Below are positions 1-13,220 of a DNA stretch of 64,000 bases, piece by piece; positions within the stretch are counted from its first letter, which is position 1, and each line of letters opens with the position of its first letter. The notes below the pieces were generated by a model. That model was not told where the DNA came from, made no database searches, and worked only from the letters and a program-made list of their open reading frames with translations. The stretch is from Phoronis australis (lineage: Eukaryota; Animalia; Phoronida). The stretch is taken from positions 124,001 to 188,000 of the forward strand of contig NMRA01000529.1 in NCBI GenBank assembly GCA_002633005.1, given 5' to 3'. The position numbers and the translations under genes were made by a program.

Positions 1-184
1 GTTTTAAACGTGGTGATGGATTTTGAAATAATTTGAAAATGTCATGTGGGGTTTATACCAAATGTCGTCCTCCGTAGATATTGTAGTTCAAACTTCTGTT
101 TTCTTGATAGACATTTTTGTATAGAACAGTTGCATTTCTCAAATTTTTATCAATGTCCCGCACATTTCAGATAACTTTGAAGAC

Positions 185-335
185 ATGAAGACTCCCTCTG
201 CAGAAAAATATTCATATTTAAAAGGAGAGTGTTATAAAGATTTTCCTAACTCAAGCTTGCCGTGCAATGCTCTCTGGCGAGGTTTCCAGGAAAACACATC
301 AGGGCATGCACTAAATAGAATATATCTGACTCCAG
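185..335 (+). CDS. DEG/ENaC gene 1 exon 1 (N-terminus, pre-TM1 loop)
   Basis: MKTPSAEKYSYLKGECYKDFPNSSLPCNALWRGFQENTSGHALNRIYLTP; acceptor tttcag at 170, donor CAG|gtatgt; homologous to 30578-30728. Start codon could lie in an upstream exon. Confidence 0.88.
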
Positions 336-1363
336 GTATGTTCAGCACTTGAGGGTGCCACAACTCGATCCCGCTACGAATAGTTTGTGATTTGTAATGG
401 ATCATGCGGTTATAAAACACGACTCATCTTATTCCGCGACAGATTGGAGTTTATTGTGGGAATGGGAAACTAAGAGTTTGATATTTCTTGACTTGAAATG
501 TGAATCTTAATCCGTCCATGAAAATTCCTAATCAAAGGAATTAAGAAGTGCTGCAACATCGTGCAGATGAGCAGTTTCGGTTTCTTTGATTATTTATTGA
601 CTCATTCAAAAATGCATGCCTAACCCACGTGTTGCAACTGTAGAAGATCTCAATAATTTCATGTCTGGCAGCAGATGAGCGTTCTAGGAATGTGCTCCCA
701 AGTGGGCCAGTTTGCGGTAGTTTGTAAAATTAAAAAGATCGTTCGTGATGTTTCGACAAAACGGATATTAGTCTTCTCAATTCAGTTCTTACATTTACAC
801 CCATTAATCGGGATCTACTGTTACCTAATAATAGAACGGTTATGTCAAGAAAATGTCAGACAAAATGTTGTTGAACCGGATCTTGAAAGACGTTCAATCA
901 TTTCTGAAAAATTGTACAAATTTATTGTGCGCAAAGATAGGTTTTAACGTGTTCAGACTTGATCCCGCTTCAGATCTTGAACGGGTACACCCACTGACGT
1001 TTGTGTCTCCTGTAAATGACAAAACTCTTTAGCAGTCCCACCTCATAACTAGGAGTTACACCTTGAGCCAAAGAGATTATTTTGAGAATTGTTTACCATT
1101 GTTTACGACCAGATAAGATTGTGCTTCAATACTCCTCGCCAACTACAACGCAATATCACCCATGGCACATGAGCCATTGGAGCCTAAGTGCTTTGATATG
1201 GTGGCAAGCCGCTTTCCTGGGGCTCTTGGGTAAAGAGTGAGCAGATTCCTAAATAAAATTTGCGAAAGTTATAACTGACGCATTTTCCTACTGATCTCTC
1301 AATTTTACTTGACATAATAAGTATAAAACTGTTTGATTTTAAGACAAGTATCATGCTTTACAG

Positions 1364-1630
1364 GTATCATTAAAAAAGTGCTATGGATTCTTGTGTGCAT
1401 CGGAGGATTCGGTGCCTGGGGCACTCACACCACGACGTTATTGTTCAATTATTTTCAATTCCATTTTTCCGTTACCGTGGAAATTAAGACAGCCAAGAAC
1501 CTGAGCTTCCCCGCCGTTACCGTGTGCAATTTGAATCAAGTAAGGTCATCAAAGATCGAGGGTGTTATCAATATTGACGAGATTTACAAGGCGGCAAATC
1601 AGATTGTCGAAGACGGAGAGGGAGAGTTAG
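1364..1630 (+). CDS. DEG/ENaC gene 1 exon 2 (TM1 and FPAVTVCN)
   Basis: GIIKKVLWILVCIGGFGAW...LSFPAVTVCNLNQVRSSKI; ttacag acceptor, TTAG|gtaata donor, phase 1-1. Confidence 0.92.
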
Positions 1631-4404
1631 GTAATAACTAAAGTTTTGTTGGAAAGCCCTGTATAACTAAACAATACCACTGTTTGTACGAGTATGAAAG
1701 GCCTTCATTAAAGGTTTGCCAGACCTGTGTTTTCAGGAGACTGGGAGGTTGCTATTACAGAGTTATATAGCTCCAAAAAGCGGGCATGTGGATAGGTAGC
1801 TCTAATATAGCGTTAATTGCTTTTACAGACAAAGTTGCAGTAAAGTCGTTATGTACATGTACAACTAGTAGGGTACTGAGTAGTCAGAAATCAATTTTTT
1901 ATTTGACAGTTTGCACTTTATTTGAAATCTTCAATTTATTAGAAACGACTTTAGAGGAGAATGTCCCATCAGTCTAGGCTGATGAGACATAAGGCACGAC
2001 CTTTCAAGTGTGGTGAGGTTTCAATGTCCGACCACCGTGTATGGAATGACCATTCGGGTTATTGTCTGATTTCCTGGCATGCCGACCGTACAATATCGAA
2101 CTCGTCGGATTAACGTCCTTCGATATCTATGGCAACGAATCCACTTAATTGAAGTCTGCTACTGACGAGAATAAAATTCGCCTATTCAATGCTACTATTT
2201 TAAAATATTACCGCTAGGCTAGCGCTAGGCTTTTCAAGGTATTTGCCAAATGGCTAAAGCATCTGAAAACTTTTAGCCATTTACAAAACTGATTAGCCAA
2301 ATGCTTTCTCAACCCTTTCAATTTATATTTTTTTGTTTTGCACAGGTTCTTTTCATAAATGTATTACAAAAAGACGTTTGCCTTAATAAATTAATGATCA
2401 ACAATTCAAGGTCATCACACAGCAAGCTAATAACTTGGAGCGGATGCCAGCCAACATGGGTTTCATTATGAGCTAAACGTTTGGGCAGAGGTTTCCTATA
2501 TACCCGAGTTACTGGTGTGTATGTCGGCAACTTGGGCATTTAAATGTTGACCTTAAAAATGTGGCAGGGAATCACCTTATCCCCGAGTTATGGCGGGGGT
2601 AGGCCTACCACATTAGCATTTCATTGATATTGACCTAAAAAAATTGGACATTTAACTGATGTTTACCTAAAAATTGTGCACAGATTCCCCTATCCCTGTG
2701 ATACGGAGGGGGTATGCCGGCCACTTCGGCATTTTGATGAGCAAGAAATTTAGGTCCAAAAACGTTAACATACATTGTAACTTCTCAGTTCGCGACTTTC
2801 AACCACTAATCTAGTTCCTAAGTCAATACACAATTTATTGCATTTTGAATTATGAGAACATTTTGGGACTCTTTGTAGAGGTGTCCGACATTCATCAATA
2901 TCCTTGAGACCTATTTTAGAGTGACAAAAATAGTTAAGTGTACTTTGTTATTTGGGAATATGATGATAGATCGAAATTTGCTAATGTCAGCTTGTAACTA
3001 AATTCACCAAAGCATCGTCATTTCAAAATTAGCTTTTAATAGTCAAAATGCATCTATCAATCAGTCGATTTTCGTAGATGCATAAACATGTAAATCAGAA
3101 ATCGACAATCGATTCAATAAGCAATACGTTTAATGACTCAAATCCTTTTTGATCTCCTGTTTGAGAGTTTTAACGACAATTCTTGAACCTAAGTCAAAAA
3201 GTAATGCATTTATTGCCACTTGAATTGCGATTATATTTTTGAGAACTGTTCAAATTTCATCAATGTTTTTGAGATAGGCAAAATCGTCTACGTGTAATTT
3301 ACTATTTGTGGATAGGACTATAGAACTTTGTCAATTTCAGGCTGCAACGTAATTCACTCAAATATCACCGATTCTCACAGCCTTAGTTTCTAATTGTCAA
3401 AAATCATATATAAATCTATTGATTTTCAGAAACCAAAAAAGATGGCACATTTACGGGACAAAATGCTCCCAACATATTTCTACGCCACATAGAAAAAGAT
3501 ATATTTATACAACGATTTCATTTATAAGAAACGGAATGTTATAAGCAATTTCCGAGACATGAAGATGAGATATTTGTATTAAGGTATATTTTTGCGCATT
3601 TCAGAGTTACCTATAACGGTTCACGAGGTAAAATGATCTCCAAAAAGACTCTGAATCTCTGTTTATGACTGTGAGATTACTTTGAGTACCTCCGTTCGAC
3701 ATCCATACGGTCATCACAAATCATACTGGCTTTTCGACAAGTGTGAATTCCTTACAAACAACTCCTTGTAACGATATTTAAAAGAAAGATTATTCTTGGG
3801 ATGGTATGGGAAAAAAGTAACATTTTATACCAAACAGTCGGAAATAGTCCTTTTGTGTAATTCGCAAACAGTGTTTTTCACTTTCTTCAAAATTCCCCAT
3901 TTCGAAAGCAGTCAATCGTATCGTATTTTTTCCACAATGTTCTATTGTTTGGGTAGAATGTCTTGATACTGCTGTGTTGTGCACGAATGTTTTATGTCTC
4001 TTGATGAATTTGGAATCTCAACTTCCCCTCGTGAATACTTGGCAACGTGGGAGTTCCGTTTGGTTACACGACGGTGCAGGAAGTGCCTTCCTAAACATGA
4101 AAACCGGTTGCAAGATTTCACTAAAACATGAAAATACTGGTAATCGAGGTAATCGATTCCAGCATTGGGCCCTCTTTCCGGTGAGGACAATAATTTTCCA
4201 CTTTAACCGCTACATGTACATGCATAATCCTGATTGCAGAATGTTCACATTGAACGCGATACAGAAAGTATTTAAGAACGCTAATTGGAAGCAAACCTAT
4301 TATGCTGACATTGAAATGCTTAAGCGACTTCTAGTGGTGAAACAGACTTCAAAGGGGACGTCATGATCGTATCCAAACTATACACCTTGCATTATACGGT
4401 TACA

Positions 4405-5116
4405 GGCCTTCAAGACCCCTCCATAGAATATCTGAAGATAATGAGAAGTAAGATCTCTAATCTGGATGAATCTGACAAGTTTCAAGCAGGCCATCAATTC
4501 GACGATTTTATAATTGGTTGCACCTATAAAGGATATGAGTGTTACAGAAAGTAAGATGACATACATAATAAATAAAGTCGTACTTATCCAATTAAAAAAA
4601 TTGAAGCCTCAAATAGAACCATCGTGGAAAATCAGTGTTTTGGTTTATTTACTGAGCTGGAACCCTGTTTTTTGTTCACAAAAATTTAATATTTCCGTCT
4701 CGGATTACTCGCTAAAACTCGCACATGTATATCGCCATACTTTTGTGGCCATGTTTCCGGNGGCCTTCAAGACCCCTCCATAGAATATCTGAAGATAATG
4801 AGAAGTAAGATCTCTAATCTGGATGAATCTGACAAGTTTCAAGCAGGCCATCAACTCGACGATTTTATAATTGGTTGCACCTATAAAGGATATGAGTGTT
4901 ACAGAAAGTAAGATGACATACATAATAAATAAAGTCGTACTTATCCAATTAAAAAAATTGAAGCCTCAAATAGAACCATCGTGGAAAATCAGTGTTTTGG
5001 TTTATTTACTGAGCTGGAACCCTGTTTTTGTTCACAAAAATTTAATATTTCCGTCTCGGATTACTCGCTAAAACTCGCACATGTATATCGCCATACTTTT
5101 GTGGCCTTGTTTCCGG
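4405..5116. repeat. ~356-bp tandem duplication joined by a single N (probable assembly/haplotype overlap) containing exon 3
   Basis: 4405-4760 repeated from 4762 after n at 4761, about 3 differences; second copy has no splice acceptor. Confidence 0.85.
4406..4550 (+). CDS. DEG/ENaC gene 1 exon 3 (finger/palm)
   Basis: GLQDPSIEYL...AGHQFDDFIIGCTYKGYECYR; ttacag / gtaaga; 145 nt, same length as paralog exon 40288-40432. Confidence 0.93.
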
Positions 5117-5802
5117 GTCATTGAGGTTTCTTATGCTCTTTGTTGTTGTTACATTCTTTACAATTGTTCTTGGCTGCATTACTCTATTTGTCCTTCCAAT
5201 GCCAATGATGAATTAATACTATGCTGTAGGCTGCAAATTCGATGTGAGAAAGTCGGATAAACTGAACAAATATGTTACGCTCTTCAAATACCAAATAAGT
5301 TTGAACTGAACAGAATCACCTTTCTTGAAAATGCGTTTCTCATTTCCGTCAATATGTAACGGATAAAACCAAAAATGTTTTCAAGGCATGACCTGTGAAA
5401 AGTTGTCTAACTACCAAAACGAAGTTGATATATAACAACGTGCTCTTTTACCTCCTTAACGAAGGAGAGTTTCCGGCACTGCCGTATTACACTGAGGATA
5501 TTGATTGAGTTGGTGCCGCTAACTTGATTTGTTCCTCTTTAAAGTTTACGATTTTCACTTCACCTAAATACATGATACTTCAATAGAATCAGTGTGTCAG
5601 TTCCAGATCAAATCAAATTTACGGTGCTAATAAGCGACTGCTATTATTTGGTAAGTTCAAAGTATACTACTCTGGTATAAAATTCCTTGTTCTTTCTGCG
5701 GTTGTGCAAACTTTTGGCAATGAACTTCAACATAGTAAATAGTTTTTTATTTTCTCCACTCATCGGCAACACTTACATGTACGGCTCACCGAACCCATTT
5801 TC

Positions 5803-5998
5803 CGTATATCACAAAAAGCAGGCGTACGTTCAGTAACGCTAGGACCGACGTTAGGATCTAGCTAAACTCTAGTTAAAGTCACGTGTTCTTATGTTAAATA
5901 CATGGCAACGTACAGTATCACGTACAGTGTAATCTCGCGAAGTCTTTCTTTTTAGCTAGGTCCTAGCGTTACTGAACGGGAGGCGGCTTTGTGATATA
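5803..5998. mobile_element. Small MITE-like hairpin element
   Basis: Imperfect TIRs tatatcacaaa..gttcagtaacgctaggacc / ggtcctagcgttactgaac..tttgtgatata; related copy at ~42783-42945. Confidence 0.6.
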
Positions 5999-7276
5999 GA
6001 TATAAGACGTTTCATGCACTAACTTCGAGACTCAGATAAGTTAAGCATCATTTCCATGTTTGCGGCAGCAACAGAACAGAAAGTCCCACTAGTGGCCGAC
6101 TTGCACTGACCTTAACCTTTCTGGTATGAACTTCGGAGGGCGTTTCAAATAAGAAACTGTTTTTACCTACTAACTATTTACTTAATTATGGACATAAGAC
6201 TGCAGCAACCACTTATATTGCCATGGACTAGTTTAGAGTCCATAATCATTTGGTTATGGTTCTATTTTTGCCTGAAATTCCTTGTAGTGTTAACATATTA
6301 AAGTAGTTTTGTTTGCCCCGAGGAGCAGCATGGTCGGAGTGATCGACAATTAACGCACAAGCCGTTAAATATTGATTTGTAGTTACTTGGTGTTACCTCT
6401 TAATTGTGCTATACCTGCGAGGTGATTCGGAAAGTGCAACGCCATTTATTAGCACAGGTTTCGTTCTGAAGCAAGAGTATCGAGCGAATCAAAATGGCTG
6501 ACGCTAGTGAGACAACGATCACAGAGGATTTAATTTGCGTCACAGGAACGCTAGACACTTGTCTGTGGCTAGATTCAGTATGGAACGAAAATGATGTTTA
6601 CTTAAACCTCCCTCCCACGATTACACATTTCAGTCGTCCATATCACTACATCCATGCACGCGAGCAAACCCCCCCTCCCTTAGCTCGTGTGCTTTTGCGT
6701 GATTTCTCTGAAGTAGTAAAAATTCTCCTTTTGGAACTCACCATTGTATGAATTCATACATTCAGGCAATCACCGGTGTGGAACCCTTAATCAAGAAGAG
6801 CACCTCAAAAGTTTAGAGATATCTGTTATCGTGTCGGCTGGAGTTTTAGGTCGCTACATTTTTTACATGGACTTCCATTGTGTTCGATTTGGATTACGGG
6901 CACCTCACATCGCATTGTCAAAAAAGTGACGCCTTATATAATATCTCAATGAGGGTCTTTCTGGCCAAAGTCTATTCAGTTGTTAAATAGCTTTTATAAA
7001 CTATCTCTAGGCCACACCGCCGAGATTATGTAATCTTTCTTGCCTCCTTATCCCCGGTCAGAATGAACAAAACTGTAACGTCCAAAAAACTCATTTGAAA
7101 TAGAACGACGGACATTGCTACAGTGAACAAACAGTGTACAAGCGATATCTACCGTTTTCACAGTAGTATTTTACTGGGAAGGCAATAAGTAAAAACTTAT
7201 TTATATGAACTGAGGCCACTGTTAATTTTTGCTTAAGGCGTAATGTTGAAAAGTTCAAAACGTTTCTCAATTGTAG

Positions 7277-7386
7277 CGACATTACACAGTTCTTCGATTC
7301 AAAGTACGGCAACTGCTACTCGTTTAACGGTGATGGCGATGAGGAAAAAGATTACATGAAAGCGTACTCTACCGGTCCAGAAAATG
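7277..7386 (+). CDS. DEG/ENaC gene 1 exon 4
   Basis: DITQFFDSKYGNCYSFNG...STGPENG; ttgtag / gtacgt. Confidence 0.95.
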
Positions 7387-7599
7387 GTACGTTTTTTTGA
7401 TGGTTCGGTACGAATGTTTAAGGCGTGTATGCCAAGCATTTTAAAAGTTTCTCATTTGATATTCTGATTTCACGCCTGCATGTGCGCGCTTGAAAACCAT
7501 TACCTCAGTAATATCTAAATGTTCGCAAAACGCCAAAAAGAACGAATTTCAGACACTAAGCATGTTTAAGCCTTTTTACATAGTGTGTGTATCGTTTAG

Positions 7600-7760
7600 G
7601 CCTGACACTGACGTTGAACATTGAACAGAACGAGTACCTGCCTTTCACTCAAACGGCTGGTGTTCGGATGGTGGTACATAATGATACAATCATGCCATTT
7701 CCGGCTGACGAAGGAATTAATTTGGAGCCAGGCAAACAGACTACGGTTGGCATTAAACAG
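7600..7760 (+). CDS. DEG/ENaC gene 1 exon 5
   Basis: GLTLTLNIEQNEYLPFTQTAGVRMVVH...EPGKQTTVGIKQ; tttag / gtacat. Confidence 0.95.
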
Positions 7761-8401
7761 GTACATTAAATTTTGATGACTTTATTAATTAAAGGTCTTT
7801 CAACTTATTTGAATATGCATGCTGTCTCAATAATCGTTGCTCGTTTGTTACCAATGATGAGCGTTCTAAAAACGTGTGGTAAATTGCTAGCAAATTTATG
7901 CAAGATTATTTTTTCTCTAATTTGAATGCAGCGTTCTCCCACAATGAATTTTATCCGGCCTACTACGAAGATTTAGTAGTATCGTAAACCTACATTTATT
8001 GTCTGATGGACAAATTGTGAAGACTCAGTTGCGGAGTAAGAAGAGCTCTGTACAATCAAGACACAACGAAAATATTTTACTTAAGTGTTTCACACTGCAA
8101 ATTTAAAAATAAAGTGGACAAAGTCGATATTTGTCGACGTTTCAACGCAGAGAAATGCTACTACGTGTACACTGAATCCATACCATTTCGTCTGGAGCCA
8201 TTTTAAATTATACCTAATAGATTCGACAAAGTCTTGACAGTTGTTGCTACAACATGTACGATGTAGGCCAAATACACTGTAGTGTTCTTCGGGGTTTCTA
8301 CAAGCACACTTACCTACCTAGTTATATGAATGTTTTGTATCGGGTGCGTTTCTGTTTTATTCATTTGTATCTTTTTATTAAGATTTTGTTTGCGTGTTTA
8401 G

Positions 8402-8512
8402 ATTCAAATCGCAAGGATAGGACACCCTCACGGAGAATGCATAGATCCTGCCAAGAGCAACTTCAACCGTAGCCTTTACCAAGAATTATTCAACAAGCAA
8501 TATTCACACCTG
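8402..8512 (+). CDS. DEG/ENaC gene 1 exon 6
   Basis: IQIARIGHPHGECIDP...KQYSHL; tttag / gtatga. Confidence 0.93.
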
Positions 8513-9251
8513 GTATGACTTTGTTATAATGGAACCAAACGTGGAAGAGTTTTAAAATTTTGCTGTTAACCTTGGTCACATTCGGTGTTGATAAGGCACT
8601 CGCTTGTTAAACGAGCTTGTTATCACTTCCTTCACTTGTATATACTGCACGACAATGGCGAAGTGCATGATTTTGCTTCTCTCGTAAAAACTAGCTCAGC
8701 TAAACGACGCCCTGGTTTTTATTTATTCTAATCCATTAAAATGTTATTAATATGCAATGTCTTCCCCTGTTTCATTTTTCATATGTATAAGAATCACACA
8801 AGACAACGTAATCGCATAAATTAAAATGATTCTGACCCTACTTAAACATTTCCGCTGAAGTTTTTCTGATGAAACTTGGAATCAAAACCAATGACATCTC
8901 TGAAGACGTCGAGATTAGAAAGCGTTTCATTTAAAGTGGTTCCACGGTATAACCTTCAATTCAAAGCTCAGCATGACTATCATGGTGCAACAGAAATTAG
9001 AATGACCGCCGTTTAGAGTGACGGCTAACTCATGCATTGTGGGAACTCACTCAAGTACCGTTTTATGTACAGGCTTCCGCTGAAAGCCCACTTTTTAACA
9101 AAAACTTTAAAGGAATTAATGGTAAAATACTTCAAGTACAAACAGATCCGAAAGTTAAGGAATATTTATAATTTGTTGATATTTTTTGTCAGACAAAATT
9201 AATTCCTTGCTCTAAATTGGTGAATATCTTTAAGAATATCCCTTTTTTCAG

Positions 9252-9378
9252 GCGTGCAAGAAGAGCTGTTACCAGAACGCCATTGTCAACAGATGTGGAT
9301 GTTTTAATCCTAATTATCCAACATCTGCTAACGTATCGCTCACTCTCCATGCATGTAATTACGCAAATAGTCAGGATG
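9252..9378 (+). CDS. DEG/ENaC gene 1 exon 7 (thumb)
   Basis: ACKKSCYQNAIVNRCGCFNPNYP...HACNYANSQD; tttcag / gtaagt. Confidence 0.95.
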
Positions 9379-10960
9379 GTAAGTTTTTTACTTTTTAGCG
9401 CTTACAGTTAAGAAGGTCTACACACACTGACATGACTGGCTCATGAAGCTCTTGAAAGTACATGTATGTGGGCCGGATTTACACTTTAGGGAGGTCGCGG
9501 AATATTTTAAGAGGGATCTCAATTCATAACATGTGGTATCGTGCACCTTATGTTCAATTTAAAACACAAAATGAATACACAGTACATGAACTTCTCTTGT
9601 TAATTTTCAGATTTTTGTCTACATGCGTACCTTTAAAAAAGTTCCATCAATCAAAACATGTCTTTGTAAATGAGAAACAAAATATGATAGCGTTAATTCA
9701 ATTTTCCCGTGGATGGTACTATCTATTGTTTAACTGTTTATATGTATCCAGAAACTTATGTGGGGGTGAATATTGAAGTCATGTCTGTGTAGGCGTCGGG
9801 CACCAGTGTCCGCTGATCTATACACTAAATGTATGATTTATGAATAGTTTTCGACGGCGTTTTTTGGTGTGCGCTTCCCCAGCCACGAAACTGCGTTATG
9901 GATATCTTTAGAAAAATTAACTGATGTGTTCCTACCAAGAAGAAGTTTTATTCTGACGTTTAATTTGGAGGTGGTCGACTTATGTTGCTCCCCTAATGGG
10001 TTTTTCGGAGATTTGTTCTCTCAACACATTGCATGTTCTATATGACATTTGGCAATTGATTTTTGTATGGATGTGGCAAGTGATGACGTCTACATTCAGA
10101 CGGGTCCAACTACCGCTGTTTCCGGTAGGGTCATCTACCTCTGTGTCTTCAGAGTTTTTCGACAGAGTTTCCAGAATGAGTTTGAAAGAAAGTCTTTGAT
10201 TGCGGTGTCTTTGCTAAATATGACAAGGTAATCATGTGGCCGAGTCGGAAATACGACAAATGCATTCCCATGAAAGGATTCCAATATCGTGTCTAGTAGA
10301 TGGAATTCAATTTAGAACGTTTACGTCTATATCTTGGGAGCTCACGTGGGCGGATTTTCACCAAAATTAGCAAATGGGTTTCTACTGTATATGTTAGCTC
10401 CACATATTTTGCACCGTCTAGTGGCAAGGTTTGTTACTAATGAACACCTTTATAGGTATGCCCATTTCAGTGGAGTCGTGGGCGCGTTTCAACGCTGCAA
10501 TTTTTCATCTTCTGTTCGTCAGAAATTAATTATGTAATCTTGTGAGCTGCGCATGTGCTCTGAAAAGGATACGGAATTGGAATTAAATATTACTGGCCTC
10601 TTTTAAGTGTATTTTCCGTTAGATCAACCCTTGTAGGAGGTGGAGATACCGACACGCCCCCTAAAGTGCAAGGCACTCGTACTGCTGTTAGCACTCACAC
10701 TTCTTATTTTTACCCAACGATAATGAACTATTGGATCACAAATCTTTACTAGATCATTGTGGCTTGTTATGTGTTATGCATTTCAGCAAGTCTTGCAATT
10801 CCTTCAGGTAAAATGGAATCCAAACTACTGCTATAAAAGCAAATTCTGAAATTATATACATGTACACGTAGAATTCACGTAAATAATTTACCAAAACTGA
10901 AGGGCTATAAATTGCTTGACAAGTTGATATTTCTTCACACTGTCGTTCTTGCTTTTGCAG

Positions 10961-11033
10961 AAGAATGTGATGCTGGCATTACGTCAGAAATTATTGATGG
11001 AACTATGAACTGCGACTGTCCGCTCTCTTGCTC
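10961..11033 (+). CDS. DEG/ENaC gene 1 exon 8 (thumb)
   Basis: EECDAGITSEIIDGTMNCDCPLSC; ttgcag / gtaagt. Confidence 0.93.
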
Positions 11034-12633
11034 GTAAGTAAAATCTTTCAAAGTAATTGGCACTGCACAGTTCTTGCCCATTGGATAGGCATACGTGTAC
11101 ACACATCCAGGCTGTCAAAAACGGTACAGAATGTGTAAAATGGTATGCACCATTTCACTTCAAAACGATACTCAGATGAAATTGTGCAGTGACACTTAAG
11201 AACAGCCATGGAAAAACGATACCAGTTATGCGAGATCAGAAAATTTAATTGAGAAAAAACTTTTGGTTTTAAAGTTTTAAAACGAATTTTTGTCACCCAT
11301 CACCTCATCTTGGGCGTCCAGCTTGCGGGGATGCGGTTACCTTTGCATCTTTTTCGGAGCTAATGGCCGGACGTCTTAAAATTACTTAAAATAATTAGAC
11401 AGTTTCAGAATTTTTATACATGTACAAATATTGGAACGAGAGGACGATGTTTCCTCGTTTTCGAAAGGATTTGACTTACTTTGCTCCACCCAGTGACAAT
11501 TTTCAATACTTTAGACTGCGTTTGTTGGCGTTTGCCTCGCCATTTGCCAATCTGCTGAAAGGTTTCCTTCTGAGAAGACCAGCCACAAATGAAGTTGACC
11601 AATGGACTACTGAGGCAACTCCTAGTTACAGTTTTGCTATTTTTGCGTCAATTCATCACCTGAAATATTTGCTTATCAATGTGAAATTTGGTGTTTTATC
11701 ATGACTTCATCGACGACTTTTTACAAGGGTGTAACTCGCGGCAGTGGCCCCTAGTTGCCATACTTTTCAGATGCTTCTGTACAGTCTTTGGAGATCCACG
11801 ATGAACGTCGGGTTGAAAGTCAAGAGGTGTTGATATTTTAGTGATACCTTTCGACTGATGGAACTCATCATATATCCTAAAGTGGTTAACGTAAAGGGAA
11901 GGTTTTTTAATTCCCTTAAAAACCTTTTCTATTTAGCGGTTGGGGCTCAGTTCCATTAAAAAACCACAGTACCACGAGTCCTGAGGTCGTAAGATAGCAT
12001 CCGACTTGGGACTGATCTAAATAACATTAATATCCCCTGTCACTTTTGGTTATTGGGTAAGGAAGAACGATTCAACTGACAGCCGCTATTCCATTCCAGT
12101 GCTCTTGACCGTACGCAAGCACACTGCTCAGGTATCGTGGACTAGACGCAAACAATTCAGCTTACATGTAATTCAGCTTTCTCCGTCCGTACTGAAACTT
12201 CGTTGCTTACCTTTTATTATTGGGTTTTTGAACCTCTGCAAAAGATAAATGTTCAAATGCTTGTTTTGGACCGGAATCGCTAGAGAGTATTTATTTTTCA
12301 GTTCGGAATATTTTGGCCATCTGTGAGAGTTCAGGGACTGTTTAGTTACCAAATCTTATTGTTGTTGAGAGGCTATTTCTGTTTCAGTCTATCCAAAACT
12401 TATCAGTTAGATTGGCGGTGAAACAGTTCAGTCGTAATTTATTTCAAAGTTGTACTTTTCCAATGCGTCATCAATGTATTTTTTCACAAAATTCTATTTT
12501 TGAGTGCAAAATCTCTGATAACGTTCCATGAATATTCTGCCACAACTCAAGACACTCTACTCTTAGTATGAATTGCAAAAATGGACCATAGATTATGCAG
12601 CAATGATATGTGTCAATACAATTATGTTTTCAG

Positions 12634-12691
12634 TGAGTCAGCGTATGACCTTACCATATCGACGTCACAGTGGCCTTCAGATGCATATAAG
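12634..12691 (+). CDS. DEG/ENaC gene 1 exon 9
   Basis: ESAYDLTISTSQWPSDAYK; tttcag / gtacag. Confidence 0.94.
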
Positions 12692-12745
12692 GTACAGTAT
12701 CATCCTGTAGTACAGTATCATCCTGCAGTGCAGTATCATCCTATA
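12692..12745 (+). repeat. 18-bp tandem repeat x3 starting at the exon 9 splice donor
   Basis: gtacagtatcatcctgta / gtacagtatcatcctgca / gtgcagtatcatcctata. Confidence 0.9.
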
Positions 12746-12779
12746 GAATTTTGCATTAATTCCTTAGTACAACTCGTCA

Positions 12780-13220
12780 TGTTTTCATGTCATTTTCAGT
12801 AAAAATAAGGTTCGTGGATTATCCCAGGCATATATTTCAGTTAATAACATCCTACCGTATTTTAAATAATTACTTGTCCCCTACTCCGGAAGTGACGTTT
12901 AGGGAGTCAAGTATTTCAAGCCATTTGTTTTCATATAGCCTGACTGTCGAGTCAGTCATTGTTCTACCTCAGCTGTGATAATTAAGTTTGGTCGTCGTTC
13001 GGTTTTCTTTACGAGTCAGTCAACATGCCGCACTCTTGCTGCGTACCGGGATGTACTCTTTATAGTCTCACGAACACTTTGGGTGTACCGTTACCTCACT
13101 ATCCTAAAGATGGCACACTTCGCCGTTGTTGGCTCGTTCGTGAAAAGAGCGCAGTGTTACCCGTCCACCCAACATACAAAGCAGTGGAGAATAACTGAGT
13201 GTGTGGCAAGCATTTTGTGC
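12780..13220 (-). mobile_element. Truncated, diverged Kolobok-like element (relative of 38895-39841)
   Basis: Clear similarity to the left TIR and internal part of 38895-39300 (e.g. aattacttgtcc..ccggaagtgacgttt, gagtcagtcattgttctacctc). Confidence 0.7.

Noticed and set aside
3605-3627. Possible finger-domain microexon (similar AG..GT block at 33340-33363)
   Set aside because: Lengths 23 and 24 nt give incompatible phases or stops; exon 2 splices to exon 3 in frame without it
3974-4366. 130-aa ORF in gene 1 intron 2
   Set aside because: No recognisable motif and no counterpart seen in gene 2
4762-4907. Duplicated exon 3 as a mutually exclusive exon (F/L variant)
   Set aside because: Copy starts exactly after a single N, lacks its acceptor and is ~99% identical including intron; same pattern at 24118 and 57396 points to haplotype overlap
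11840-11875. Hammerhead-like ATGATGA..GAAA on the minus strand
   Set aside because: Core mismatch, no convincing helix II and no PLE context
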